Assembly: GCF_030028105.1 (NCBI RefSeq) | Contig: NC_092374.1 | Span: 158,062,432 to 158,126,431 of the forward strand | Origin: Mobula birostris | Lineage: Eukaryota | Direction: 5' to 3' | Length of the DNA stretch: 64,000 nt | In this document: positions 1-12,412 of the stretch, piece after piece | Position numbering within the stretch: position 1 is the first letter of the stretch | Layout: every line of letters starts with the position of its first letter | Made by a program: the position numbers and the translations under genes | The notes under the pieces: generated by a model | Databases searched by the model: none | Seen by the model: only the letters and a program-made list of their open reading frames with translations | What the model was told of the DNA's origin: nothing

Positions 1-700
1 ACAGGGGTGCAGCTGACTATCTACAGAAGAGGGCTGGCAGAGTACAGCTCCAGTGCTGACGTCTGATGTATCAAACTTGATGATGAGTGGGTGGGATGGG
101 TCCGGATGTTGCAGCACTGAGGCAGTGCTGAAGTATGGCTTTATTTCTGAGACTGCCTGGTCTGCACCACTGGTCCATAGGAATCTTGCAGAAGTGTCCT
201 TGGTGAATGGATTTATGGGTGCCGCAGTGGAACTGAAGACATGTTGGACATGTTCCCGGTGAGAGTTGAAACAGATAAGAATGTCTTTCAAATACATGAA
301 AACAAACTGATTCAACCTGGTGTGGTCTGGACGGAGGTTCTTGGGTTCCGGCTCATGCTACCTTGGACAAGTCTCTAATCCAGAACTTCCAGCGGACACA
401 GCTGTCTGGTGCTTTGGGAGCTGTGCTTAAGGAGGGCCCTGTTACAACCACAGCCATTGCCACAGTGTCTGGGCGCCCTTGCAGATGGACAGGTGAACGG
501 GGTTGGCAGTTACGCTTGTGAATATACACATTCCAGCCAATTTCATTGTGATTGTATTTAATTCCCTTCATTTCTTTTCAGTCCTGTCGAGTCTTGACTG
601 AAGCAGAGCAATGACAACGTTTCCGGCTTATCTGAGTCCACAATCAGAGAAAGAAGGTTGCAAAGTAGATTGATGCTGCTATGGGGCAGTATTTATTTAG
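1..700 (-). mobile_element. Ty3/Gypsy LTR retrotransposon pol remnant (RT to RNase H, internally deleted), running off the window start
   Basis: Manual minus-strand translation of 318..1 gives LNQFVFMYLKDILICFNSHREHVQHV|FSSTAAPINPFTK..FLWTSGADQAVSEIKPYFSTASVLQHPDPSHPLIIKFDTSDVSTGAVLCQ..QLHPC. This contains a degenerate YLDD motif and the RNase H DAS-GAVL motif. A possible protease LIVDS lies near 630-650. The upstream boundary is uncertain. Confidence 0.8.
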
Positions 701-959
701 TGTTTAGTACTACTTCTCAGCCGCGGTGATGGCGTTTAGATTTGCTTTTGAGAGTTTTTGTTAGTAGCCCTGCTAACCTGGTGCTTACTATTTTCTCTTT
801 GGTTTTGTACAGTCTTATAAAATCTCAATGAACTTTTCACCTTGCGGTTGTGTCTGTCCCTCTGCTCCTGGACCATCACCGAACGCTCCTGTCAGTATGA
901 CTCAGTGAGGTGGGGGACAGTTTTCAAAGTTTTAGGTGCATCGATGTTACCGTGTACAA

Positions 960-2400
960 TGCTAAAATTAATTTTCTTGTGGACATACTCAATAAATTTA
1001 TAATAGAATAATAACCGTAATAGAATCGATCAAAGACTGCACCAACTTGGATATTCAACCAGTGTGCAAAAGACAAGAAACTGCAAATACAAAAAGAAAG
1101 AAATAATAACTAAATGAATACACAGTAAGTATTGAGAAAATGAGATGAAGAGAAAGTGAGTTCATAGGTTGTGGGATTATTTCAGTGGTGGAGCAAGTGA
1201 AGTTATCCCTTTTGGTTCAAGAGCCTCATGGTTGAGGGGCAAATAACTGTTCTTGAACCTGGTGGTGTGAGTCCTGAGGCTCTTGTACCTTCTTCCTGAT
1301 GGCAGCAGTGAGAAGAGAGCATGGCCTGGGTTGTGAGGTTCCTGGTGATGGAGGCTGCTTTCCTGTGACAATGCTTGCTGCAGATGTGCACAATGGTGGG
1401 GAGGACTTCACCCTGTGATCGATTGGGCCGTATTCACTACTTTTTGTAGTAGTTTCTGTTCAAGGATGTTTGTGTTTCCGTACCAGGTTGTGATATAGCC
1501 AATATATTCTGCCCTGCACATATATACGAGTTTGTCAAAATTTTAGATGTCATGCTGAATCTTTGCAAACTTCTAGGAAAGTAGAGGCATGGCTGTGTTT
1601 TCTTTGTAACCACCTCGTTTGATTCAGCCTAACGTCAGTGGTGTCGTCAGCAAGCTTGAATATGACATTGGAGCTGTATTTAGCCACGCAGTCATAAGTG
1701 TAAAGCGAGTACAGCAGGGGCTAAGCGCATAGCCTCATGGTGCCCCTGCTGATGGAGATTGTGGAGGAGATGTCGTTGCCAATCTGAACTGACTGGGGTC
1801 TGCGAGTGAGGAAATCTAGGATCCAATTGCAAAAGGAGGTATTGGCGCCAATATCTTGGAGCTTCTTGATCAGTTTTGAGGGGACGATGGCGTTCAGTGC
1901 AGAGCTCTAGTCGATATTGAGCATGCTGATGTGTTCATCTTTGTTGTCCGGATGTTCCAGGGTTGAGTGAAGGGCCAATGAGATAGCATCTGTTGTGGAT
2001 CTGTTGCTCTGGTAGGCAAATTGGAGCCGATCCAAGTTGCTCCTCAGGGAGGAGTTGATATGCTTCATCGCCAACCTCTCAAAACACTTCATCACTGTGG
2101 ATGGTAAGGGCTACTGGATGGTAGTCACTGAGGCAGGTTACCACCGTCTTAAGCACCAGTGTAACTGAGCTCTGCTTGAAGCAGGTGGGTACCCCAGACT
2201 GCCGAAGTGACAGGATTAATATCTCTGTGCACACTCCAGCCAGTTGATCAGCACAAGTCTTCAGTACTCAGCCAGGTGCCCCGTCTGGGCTGGATGCTTT
2301 TCTTGGGTTCACCCTCCTGAAGGTTGCTCGCACGTCAGCCTGAGAGACTGAAATCACAGGATCATCAGGGCTGTGGGAATTCATGATGGTTGCCATGGTT
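960..2400 (-). mobile_element. Rex1/Babar-type LINE, 5'-truncated and decayed
   Basis: ORF 1907..2095 reads KCFERL..LQFAYQSNRSTTDAISLALH and ORF 1177..1371 reads HPGHALFSLLPSGRRYKSLRTHTTRFKNSY, typical of Rex1 RT and its C-terminus. Confidence 0.85.
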
Positions 2401-3068
2401 ATAAGCTGTTACTGAAGCCATCTGGTTGTTGAAGGCAGTTAAGGAAAAGGAAAGCAAACAAATACGTAGAAAGTCTGAAATTCAGGTCAAAGCTGAAGGA
2501 AATGTTTAGCAGACAAGGCAATGCCAGTACAGAGAGAAAAACTGATTTAGTATTTCTAGGCATATGTATGAGCACAATGTGGCATGGTTTCATTTATAAA
2601 TTGGGTTCAAATTGTTTATTTTGTGGTGCCATTATTTCAGTTTTTTAGCCATAGCACGGTGTTGGTTAGTGACATCAGGGCAGGATGGAAGATGGGGAAT
2701 TAGAGGTATTTTAGATGCAGTTGTGCTTTGGATGAAACCCACATGGCAGTCCAGGAAGATGATCCCTTGCTCTTCCAGCACTTCTTAGCTTCAGGAGCGG
2801 TTATTACCCTACAACCGCCAGACTCCTGAACCGACTAGAATAACTTCACTCACCACGGACCTGTGCAGATTCTACGATCTACAGTCTCACACAACTCGTG
2901 TTCTCAGTATTATTTTTATTGGCACAGTTTGTCTTCCTTTACAGATTGGTGTTTGTCAGTCTTTGTCTGTTTGTGCATAGTTTTTTTTGTGCAATTCTAT
3001 TGTATTTCTTTTCTCCCTGCAAATGCATGTGAAAAACTGAATCTCAAGGTTGTATGTGGCATATTTGA

Positions 3069-3543
3069 GTAATCATGTGTGTGTGTTTGTGTGTGTATGT
3101 GTATGTATATATATATTTGTTTGATTAAGTATTCTTGTTTGTTTAAATAATTCATTTTGGGTTATGTGTATAAATACGTGAATTGCATATATCATCACGC
3201 TACCACGTGATACGTGTGTAACCTTGCTTGAAGTAAACCCAAAGTTAGACTCACATTTTGGACTCGAGAGTCTTTAAGTAAGAATTGGAATTCAATTATA
3301 AACAAGGTGGGAGAGCTGAAACCTGATTGGATGAAGATTAACCAGTCAGGAGGGATGGAACACAGGGGTATAAATACCACTGGACGAGACATGCTGCCAC
3401 ATCATCCCTGAAGAAGATGGCAAAACTTGTCATCAAGACGTTAATTATAATTGAAACCTGTACCCAGCTGGAAGCCTGAGAAGAGTTCATTCTCATGTCC
3501 TCTTTTGAATTAGTTTAATGTTTTGGATTTACAAAACATTGCA
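3069..3543 (+). mobile_element. Possible solo LTR (contains a TG/TA microsatellite at 3076-3116), interrupted by a PLE fragment
   Basis: Degenerate gtaat...attgca ends, TATA-like and AGTAAA signals, and a position inside a Rex-type 3' tail. Confidence 0.3.
3277..3495 (+). mobile_element. Penelope-like pLTR fragment with a degenerate hammerhead
   Basis: TATA-like ggtataaata at about 3367-3376, then CTGAAGA, a GATGGCAA/TTGTCATC stem and aagacgtt (mutated GAAACGTT) at 3408-3442. Confidence 0.65.
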
Positions 3544-3820
3544 TATATTTACTTAGATAATACATTTACTTTGAACTTTTTTTTTATTCATTCGTGTGTA
3601 TCGCTGGGTAGGCCATATTTACTACCTATCTCTAAATGTTCCTCAGCTGAATGATTTTTCTGGGTAATTGTAGAAGGAACTATAAGAAATAGTAGCCCCT
3701 TACTGCTGTTTCACTGTTCAACAACATCACAGCTGATCCAAATTTGGCCTCAAATCATTTCCGCACCCATTCCCCAGAACTCATTTGTCCAAAAATCTGC
3801 CAAACTGAGTCATGGATATA

Positions 3821-4341
3821 CATTCAATAGGCCACGTTATTAGGTACACCAGCACACTTGCTCGTTAGTGCAACATATAATCAGCTAACCATGTGGCAGC
3901 AACTGAATGCATAAGAGCATGCAGAAATGTCCAAGAGGTTCAGTTGTTGTTCAGGCCGAACATCAGAATGGGGAAGAAATGTGATCTAAGTGACTTTCAC
4001 TGTAGAATGATGGCTGGTGCCAGATAAATTTGCCAGCTGATCTCCTGGGACTTCTGTGCACAACAGTTTACAGAGAATGGTGCAAAAAACAAAACAAAAA
4101 ATAGTCCATCTAGTGAACAGCATTTCTGTTGGTTAAAGTGCCTCGTTAACGAGAGAGGTCAGAGGAGAATGGCTAGACTGGTTCAAGCTGACTGAAGGCG
4201 ACTGAAACTCAAGTAATCATGCTTTACAACAGTGGTGTGCAGCAGAGTATCTCTGAACACGCAACATGTTGAACCCTGAAGTGAAGTATTGCAGCAGAAG
4301 ACCACACCAGTTCTACTCTTGTACCTAATAAAGTGGCCACT
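3821..4341 (+). mobile_element. Non-autonomous Tc1-family element
   Basis: Preceded by TA. TIR pair ggccacgttattaggtac / gtacctaataaagtggcc. Internal remnant GQRRMARLVQAD of the Tc1 HTH domain. Same family as 32235-32742. Confidence 0.8.
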
Positions 4342-5169
4342 TTATTCTTAAACCTACTGCCTAGGAGTTTGTATGTAGAACACTGCAGGGTCTCATAGCA
4401 ATGTGCCAGTCATATTTGTTTCTGACAGAAATGAGTACAGTTCACAATTATGAGTCCTGTTTGTGGTGATCTCATTTTGCTGAAGGGCAGGTCACTGACT
4501 TTACTGCATAACAGGAAGATTTGCAGAGCTGCATGAGAGAATTAATAACATTGGTCTAAAAGCTTTTGGATATAAAACAGGTCAGGTCTTGTGTTGCTAC
4601 CTACAGATTATGGATGTGTTCGCTATCTGAACGGGATCAGAATCTGGCAGCAGTCCTTGTTACTGTACTCTGTACTAGAGGTGATTTTTCCAAATCTCTT
4701 CCAAGATTATAATTTTTCGTAATAATGATGACATTTCAGCCTTTAAAAGGAATTATCTCAAAATATTTCTGGAGCTGAGCAGATACCCTGCTTCTTTTGT
4801 TTGATTGAATTCTTGTTGCAGATTAACTCCATTTGTGTTAAATGTTATTTCAGATCTCTGCAGGAATACAGCTTCCAGCTCTTTTGTCAGATTGGAAAGC
4901 AAATATTTTCTGCCTGTCCTACAAAGTCAGGCTGCCTTTAAATAAATTAATTGTTGGTCACAGTGAGTTAGTAGTGTTTGCAATAACTGGCCGTTGTTGT
5001 TTGGACCATCCACGTGACTGTGTTATGTACTCTTGGCTTCGTTACTTCAGTACAGTGGGTCATAGACATGGTTCATGTACTTTTTGGAGAACTGCAGCAC
5101 GTTCTCTTTATGGTGCTGCAAATGTTTTAGTGTAGAACGGTCTACCCTGTGTGGTAGTAAACACACTGT

Positions 5170-6120
5170 AGAAATCCACATGCCATGGTCATCTGGAACT
5201 CCCAGTTGTCAGCTCTTTTAATTCCCCTCCCCATTCCCTCACTGACATGTTTGTCCTCAGTCTCCACCTCTGCCAGAGTGAGGCTAAATGCAAACTTGGG
5301 GAACAACGCCTCATCTTCCACCAGGTTAGCCTACAACCCAAAGGCATGGACATTGAATTCTCCAATTTCAGGTAACCTGCTCTCCCTCCGATACTTTCTT
5401 CCCTCTCCTCCTGATCTACCCGGTTCTTCCTACGCACACGCCAGCCGCCCCATCACCATATTTCTTTCCCTTCCTCCACCACCACTCCAGCTGCCCCTCA
5501 TGCACTGACTCCTCCCACTGCAACCCCCTCCCATATGCCTCCCCCTCCCCCCACTTTTGGTTCCATGCTCCACCTTGCTCTCCTATCAAGTTCCATCGTA
5601 TTCAGCCCTTTGTTGACTTTCCCTATCACCCCCCAGTCTCTGTCCTACCTGTTTCCACTTTCCCCTCCATCATCAGCCTGACGCCTTTCGCTGGCTACCT
5701 CTTGTTCCATTCTTTCCCTTCTTTCTACTGGCAATCTCCTGTCTACCTTTCAGTCCAGGTGAAGGGTCTCAATCTGAGATGTTGACTATCCATTTCCCTC
5801 CACCCAGGGCTTCCCACCCTTTTAGATAGATAGATAGATATATTTTATTGATCCCGAGGGAAATTGGGTTTCGTTACCGCTGCACCAACCAAGGATAGAG
5901 CATAGGTATAGCAATACAAAAACCACAAACAATGAAACGACAATATGCAAACTATGCCAGATGGAAATAAGTCCAGGATTTTTTATGCCATGAGCCCTTA
6001 CCATTAACTGAGGGGTCCATGAACCTCAGGTTGTGAACCTCTGCTTCACACAAATTGCCTGAGTTCTTCTAGTACCCCTTGCTGCAGGTTCCGTCATCTG
6101 CAGTGTCTTGTGTCTCCAGT
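5170..6120 (+). mobile_element. Old PLE 3' fragment (endonuclease C-terminus, C-rich UTR, degenerate hammerhead at 5751-5788), interrupted by a hAT MITE
   Basis: Remnant EQRLIFHQVSLQPKGMDIEFSNF, followed by cagtccaggtgaagggtctcaatctgagatgttgact. Confidence 0.75.
5805..6043. mobile_element. hAT MITE containing a LINE 3' tail ((TAGA)n, about 5824-5977, minus strand)
   Basis: TIR-like ends cagggcttcccacc / ggttgtgaacctctg. Degenerate 8-bp TSD ctccaccc/cttcacac. Confidence 0.6.
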
Positions 6121-6344
6121 GGAAATGTCGTTTGTCTCTCTGACAGCTCTTCTGTCCTCAAAGCCCTTTGTTGGTTTAAATAACTGGCTGTTTGCCGTCT
6201 CACAACTGAGTGAATAGGTGTGTAAGTATTGAGACACAGATGTACACTGACAGAATATGTTGTAGTGAGGATGATAAAGTCATGAGATGTCGCCTTATAA
6301 TAGTGTATGAACTGATAAATGGATGTTACCTGGAGATCAGAGTG

Positions 6345-7052
6345 GGCTTATTATCGACATTACACAACCTTGAGATTCGTCTCCTTACAGTCAGCCACAA
6401 AAGAAAGAAACCCAAAAAAAAGCATTAAATGAAATACCGTCAAACACCTAATGTGTAGAAAAAAATAGTGCAAACAATAAAAGCAAGCAAGTCATGTTCG
6501 GAACTGATGTCCACAAAAGAGAGTCTGTGCATAGACATGAAGCCACAGCCTCAGCTCATCACAGAGCCGAGTAAACATTGCGGAGCAGAGAGCGGAACCC
6601 GCCTGTCACCCACCTCTGGTCCCAGTACCCTGAGCTTTTCAATCTGGCCCGGTGCTTAAATCGTCTAGACATCAGGTTCTGTCACTTCGATATGCTCTGG
6701 GTCCTGTACCACGCTGCCTCAGTTTGGCCTGGCACTTAAATCATCGTCCAAACATTGGGTTAAGTTGATTTGATACACACGGGTGCCTGGACTCCACTGC
6801 CTCAATTCGGTCTGTACCCAACCTTTCCAATTCGGTCTCTCCTTGCTCTCGGCAACCGGCCTGCAGCCTTGCCTTGCTTCAGATTCTGCCGCATCCAATC
6901 ACCTCCAAGTCCAAAGGGAAGTTGCAGGCTGTTGTTTGCGCTGATCGTTTACCAGAAAAAGTGTGATTAATAGAGTATGTATTTGTTTTCTTTGTTGTGT
7001 TTGCCACTGATAGGTAGTCACTGAGCTTCACCAGCCCTATCTTAAACCGGAG
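6345..7052 (-). mobile_element. Non-coding non-autonomous retroposon (family A), Rex1-like tail
   Basis: Similar along its length to 33530-33990 and 34980-35742. Tail shared with Rex1 copies. The 5' end reads ctccggtttaagatagg on the minus strand. Confidence 0.6.
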
Positions 7053-7619
7053 AGGAGTATTGCTTCAAAAGTAAGGGGAATAAATGTAGGTACATCATGG
7101 AAGGAAAGACTGGCTGTCTACATTTTCAGCAGATTTCCTTACTGTGGACCTAATTGGGGGGTGTGTCGTTTGATTGTTCCACAGATAGGCTTCAGTGCAG
7201 TACCTGGGAAGTTATGTGCTGTTGTAAGCTGGCCTTCAGGTGAGACCCTGATCTGCTTACCTGACTCGTTGTGCAACTGTAGGCTATTTGTCCTGTCAAA
7301 TTTGTTCCACCACAGCTGGGGGTAAAAGATTCCATATCTCCCAACAATAATTCACTAGGAACATATCTGTAACTCTGCCCAATATTTGTCCTTTAAACAG
7401 TATGAAAAAATGAATGGATTGAGAAGTTCCGCTGAGCGATAACTGTTTTTGTTGAAAGCTTCCTAACTAATTGTGATTAGATAATTACTGCTCATATTGC
7501 ATTGCATCATGTATTGATTTTGTGTCACATGCTTTTACACGCAAGCAGGTGTGTTGCTTAGTAAACATGCTCAAAGCAATCTTGACTCCATTTTTACATA
7601 TCACGAAAAAATTTGCCTC

Positions 7620-7850
7620 CCCTCTGTGGGCTCTGCCTATACTTCTTGCTGCCTTGGAAAAACCGCCAACATAATCGGAGACTCTGCCTATCCCAGACAT
7701 TTTTTTCTTCCTTCCCATCATGCATAAGATACAAAAGCCTGAAAGCACATACCACCAAGCTCAAGGGCGGCTTCTACCCTGCCGTCATAAGACTCTTGAA
7801 AGGACTTCTTTCCAATAATATGGATTCTTGACCTCAATCTATTTTCTGTT
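7620..7850 (+). mobile_element. Rex1-type LINE 3' fragment
   Basis: RYKSLKAHTTKLKGGFYPAVIRLL in ORF 7613..7831. Confidence 0.75.
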
Positions 7851-8366
7851 CTGTATTGCACACTCCCCAAGCTAGTCTGGGAGATCCCTTTAAATGACAC
7901 TTAAGTAAACCTTGTATATGTTACAAAGAACTACTATGCTTAAGTTGCACCAGCAATTTGGAGGTCACACATTGGTAAATGATAAATAGGTTTATTATTG
8001 TCACATGTACTGAAATATAGTCACAAACTTTAGCATGCCATCTGTCCAGATCATTCTGCCACATCAGTATGTCCAGGTATTACGACGGAAAAGCAGTAGC
8101 ATATTGCAGAATAAAGTATTACAGTTACAGGGAAAATGCATTGCAGTTAGACTGTAAGATGCAGGGGTCATGATGAAGTAGATTGTGAGGTCAAGAGTCC
8201 ATTTTATCATACAAGAGCTTTGTTTAATAGCGGGATAGAAGCTGGTGGGATATACTTTCAGGTTTTCATATCTTCTTCTCAAGGAAGGGGGAGAAGAGAG
8301 AGTATCCAGTGTGGAAAGAGTGATTGTTTTGACTGCTTTACAGAGGCAGCAAGAAGTGTAGAAATA

Positions 8367-8842
8367 CAGTACTGTGCAAAGGTTTCAGACATATATCAAT
8401 GTGGAGGGGACAGAGAGTTTGTAAATCTGGCAGGAGCAAAGGATGTTGGGAATAGGGGTGTGGAACTGGTGGCAGAGAAGGTGTGCCAGGGGTGGGGGTG
8501 AGGGTGGTGGTGTGGATGCAGACACATTCAGCTTTGTGACACCAGGCAAGTTTATTTGACTCCAAACAATTGGTTTATCTGTCATTACAAACCATCTCTC
8601 TGGTGCTTCTTGCTCCCTTCCTGTTTTCTCAACCATGATCCCCTCTCCCTATCCCTTTCCCGCTCTCAGTCCACAACAGAGACCCGTACCAGAATCTGGT
8701 TTATCATCACTCATGTATGTCATGAAATGTGTTTTTTTTTGTGACAGCAGTACAGTGCAATACATAAAATTACTGCAGTACTATGCAAAAGTTCTAGGCA
8801 CCCGAGCTACATATATGTGCCTAAGACTTCTGCACAGTACTG
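8367..8842. mobile_element. Tc1/mariner-type MITE inserted in a Rex1 3' fragment (about 7970-8900, minus strand)
   Basis: TA|cagtactgtgcaaaggtttcagac at the left end and gtgcctaagacttctgcacagtactg at the right end. An extra internal TIR copy lies at 8776. Confidence 0.7.
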
Positions 8843-10339
8843 CAGTCCATGGAGGAGAGGCTGATTTTCATGATGTGCTGAGCTATGTCCATAATTCTCA
8901 ATCACCCCAACACCATTATCTTTACTTCATTTCTCATATTAAATTCCAATCCGTATAAACGTACACTTGACCAGGATATATCACGTGCAGGAGGCATTTG
9001 CAAGCTGGGTAGTGAGTCAGACCTTAATAAATTATTCAATGAATGAAAAGAGCACACCTTCTTATGCACTGCCCCATCTTGACCCAGGGAGAGAGGGATT
9101 ATTCATTCAGTCAGCTTGCCATTCAAGTATATATTTGCTGCAGCCACATTTAATACTGTGTCATTTCACCCATGATTTGATGATTATTTTCGAGTGCTTT
9201 CTGGTCCTACATGAAATTTGTTCACTGTTCAGGTTTCCTTGGCTTTGGAGAATACTTCCAAGCAACAGTATTACCCATTGCACCACCATGCCACCCATTC
9301 ACGTTTATTAAATTGGTATGGGATGAACTCTGACCTGTGTCTAAATATCTTCACCTTTCCCTGTCTCTAAGAATTCCTCCATTTTTCAGCACAACCATGG
9401 AACAATCTGTTCCTCTGACCCTGGCGCACATTCAGTGAACAGTACAGGCTTATTCCATTATTGCCTGGATCGCTTTCTCTGCAGCTCCCTGCCTGCCACT
9501 GAGTTAACTCCCTTTTCTTCTTTCCGACCCTCTTTTAAAATCTACCACCTTGTAATGCCACTAATGTGCTTGGCACACCTCAAGTTGACCGGAGGTAACG
9601 GAAAGTCCCACTTTATGAATTTGGTATTTGCTGCTTATGTTCAAACTGGTTAACCTTGGCTGTGATTGTGGACATTATGCAGCTTTTCTTAGGCGGTGAT
9701 TTATTCTGTTATGCTATGTTCACTTGTTAATGACTTCCTCCCTTGTTAGTTGAATGCCAACTGAATACTTGTTTCTAAAATAATTACCCAGCATTCTCTG
9801 AGTTGCTCCCCAGAGTCTGACTCACACAGCCACGTAGTGCCAAAAATATCAACAAAACCACATAAAATTGATGACAGGGAAAGACAGGGTGGGAAAGATC
9901 AGCGATATCTTTGAAGCAGGCTTTGCAACTGCTGGAATGTGGAACAATACATAAGGAGAGAGGTAAGAGAAAGACTGAGAGGTGATCTTATTGAAACATG
10001 AGATCTTGGGGTAACAACAGGGGAGGTGTTTCCACTAATAGGAGATTCCTGAGACAGAAGGCAATTATAAGATTGGGCTGTATTTTTGAAACTTGTGCAG
10101 AAACTTCTTGAAGGAGTTGGTGAATCTCTGGAATTCTTGACTCTGGAAGGATTTTGGAGGCTGGAACATTGGGGGGTATTTAAAGAGGAAGTAGACTATT
10201 TTTTTCTGTATATCTGGGAACTGAGTGTTAGCACAGAAGAGGAGATGGTGCCATTTGATTCTTGGGCATTGAAATGTCGTTATGTTAGAAATGCAAGAGG
10301 CAATGTACACACGCAGGACCCTGCAAATAGCTCTTTGAT

Positions 10340-10560
10340 AATTATCAGACAATTTGTAATAGTGATATGGGTTGAGAAGTAAATGTTGTTCAGGTGATGA
10401 GGGAGAGCTGTCCTGTTTTGCCTCTCCACGTGGGATCCCATACATTCACTGAAGAGGTCATCCTGGTCTCCAATTTAAAATTTCATTCAAACAGTGTAGC
10501 ACTCCCTCTGTACTGTACAGGAGTTCCCACCTATATATTCTCATATTTTACAGGAGGACC
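10340..10560 (-). mobile_element. Degenerate Deu-domain SINE (SacSINE/AmnSINE-like)
   Basis: gtgggatccc..acattcactgaagagg..acagtgtagcactccctctgtactgtacaggagt resembles the Deu-domain SINE consensus as I recall it. Confidence 0.5.
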
Positions 10561-10654
10561 TTCAGCCTGTTGATCCTCTGCTAGCTCTCAGTTCAGCTCC
10601 ATTGATTCTTGTTCTCTCGTTTGTGCTCATCAGCTCCCCGCTTATTTTCCAACC

Positions 10655-10810
10655 CTCCCTCCAACCCCACCCCACAAATGAGAAGTAGTTTCCAGTGGAC
10701 AATTAACCTATCAGCATGCCTCTGGGATCTGGAAGGAAACCAGAGCTCCTGGGGGAATCCAGGGCAGTCACAAGGAGAACCAACAAACTCTGCTAAATTC
10801 CCTGGAATGA
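10655..10810 (-). mobile_element. V-SINE (HE1-like) fragment
   Basis: acaattaacctatcagcatgcctctgggatctggaaggaaaccagagc is the reverse complement of the V-domain core. Confidence 0.6.
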
Positions 10811-10999
10811 GCAGCCAAATCAGAAGGAAATTTGTAAACCACAACTGTCCTGAGACTCCAGTGAAAATAACTCTACTTGTATGTGTTGAATTAGTTGGGA
10901 TGATCTGTACATAAGTTTTTTAGGAAGCAGATTTGAACCAAAGATCCTAATGAGATTCTTATGTTACAGCTTCATACAGCTCTGATTAGGCTGCATAGA

Positions 11000-11915
11000 G
11001 TCTGTGAAAAACAAAGCACAGAAACAGGCCCTTTGGCCTATCTAGACCATACCGAACCATTTAAACTGTCTACTCTCATTGACCTGCACCCGGACTATAG
11101 CTCTCCATATCCCTACCACCCAGGTACCTATCCAGACTTAAGCGTTGAAATCGAGAGCTTGCATTTATAGCTTGCACCAGCAGCTCATTCGTCACGCTCA
11201 CAACCCACTGAGTGAAGAAGTTTCTCCTTATGTTCCCATTACATTTTCTCAGCTTTCACCCATAACCCATGACCTCTAGTTGTAGTCCCACACAACCTCA
11301 GTGGAAAAAAGCCTGCTTGCATTTACCCTATCTATACCCCTCATAATTTTGTATACCTCTATCAAATCTTCTACGTTCCAATGAATAAAGTCCTAAACTA
11401 TTCAGTCTTTCCTTATAACTCAGATTCTCTAATCCCGGCAATATCCTTGTAAATTTTCTCTGTACGCTTTTAACCTTTGCTGAAGGTAGGTGATCAAAAC
11501 TGCACACAATACAATTAGGCCTCACCAACGGTGGGCCTGATGGCCTGATTCTGCTCCTATGTCTTATGGTCTTATACAACTTCAACATAACATCCCATCT
11601 TATCTGAATACTTTGACCTTATGAAGCCTAATGAGCCAAAAGCTTTCTTTATAACCCTTTCTACCTATGCTGCCACTTTCAATGAATTATTGACCTGTAT
11701 TTCTTTGTTCTACTGCACTCCTCAGTGCCCTGCTATTCACTGCGTAAGACCTACCCTGGCTGGTCCTACCAAAGTACAATACCTTGTACTTGTCTGCATA
11801 TTCATCTGCCATTTTTCAGCCCATTTTTCCAGCTGGTCCAGATCTCTGCAAGCTTTGATAGTCTTTGTTGCTGTCCACTACATGCCCGATCTTGGTGTCA
11901 TCTGCAAATTTGCAT
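11000..11915 (-). mobile_element. CR1/HER1-type LINE 3' part
   Basis: VQRKFTRILPGLENLSYKERLNSLGLYSLERRR and a typical CR1 3' UTR. Confidence 0.9.
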
Positions 11916-11919
11916 CTGC

Positions 11920-12412
11920 AGCATTGTTTTCAATTCTGGTCATCCCAAAATAGGAAGATGTGGAGGCTTTGGAGAGGGTGCAGAAGAGGTTTATCTGGAT
12001 GAGCATGTGCTGCAAGAACAATTTGGACTAATTTGGGTTATTTTCTCGAGAGCAATGGAGGTTGAGTGGAACCTTGATAGAAGTTTATAAGATTATGAGA
12101 GCTATAGATAGATAGCTGGTATCGCTTTCTCAGGGTCAATCTGTTTAAAACCACAGGGCAAGCATTTAAGGTAAGTGGAGGGATGGGGGGGGGGAGTATA
12201 AGTTCAAATGAGATGTATAGGACAAGATTTTTATACAGCGAGTAGTGCTGTGGGTGGTAGTGGGTCCGATAGGAGAGGGACATTTAGATAGTCACATGAA
12301 TGTGTAGATGGAAGGGGTTAGTTTAGATAGGAGTTTAATTCCAATTTAACTTTGTTTGGTATGACATTGTGGGTCAAGGGCCTGTTCCTGTGCTGTACTG
12401 TTATATGTTCTA
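11920..12412 (+). mobile_element. CR1-type LINE 3' part
   Basis: gaggctttggagagggtgcagaagaggttta through the tail gggcctgttcctgtgctgtactgttatatgttcta. Confidence 0.8.
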
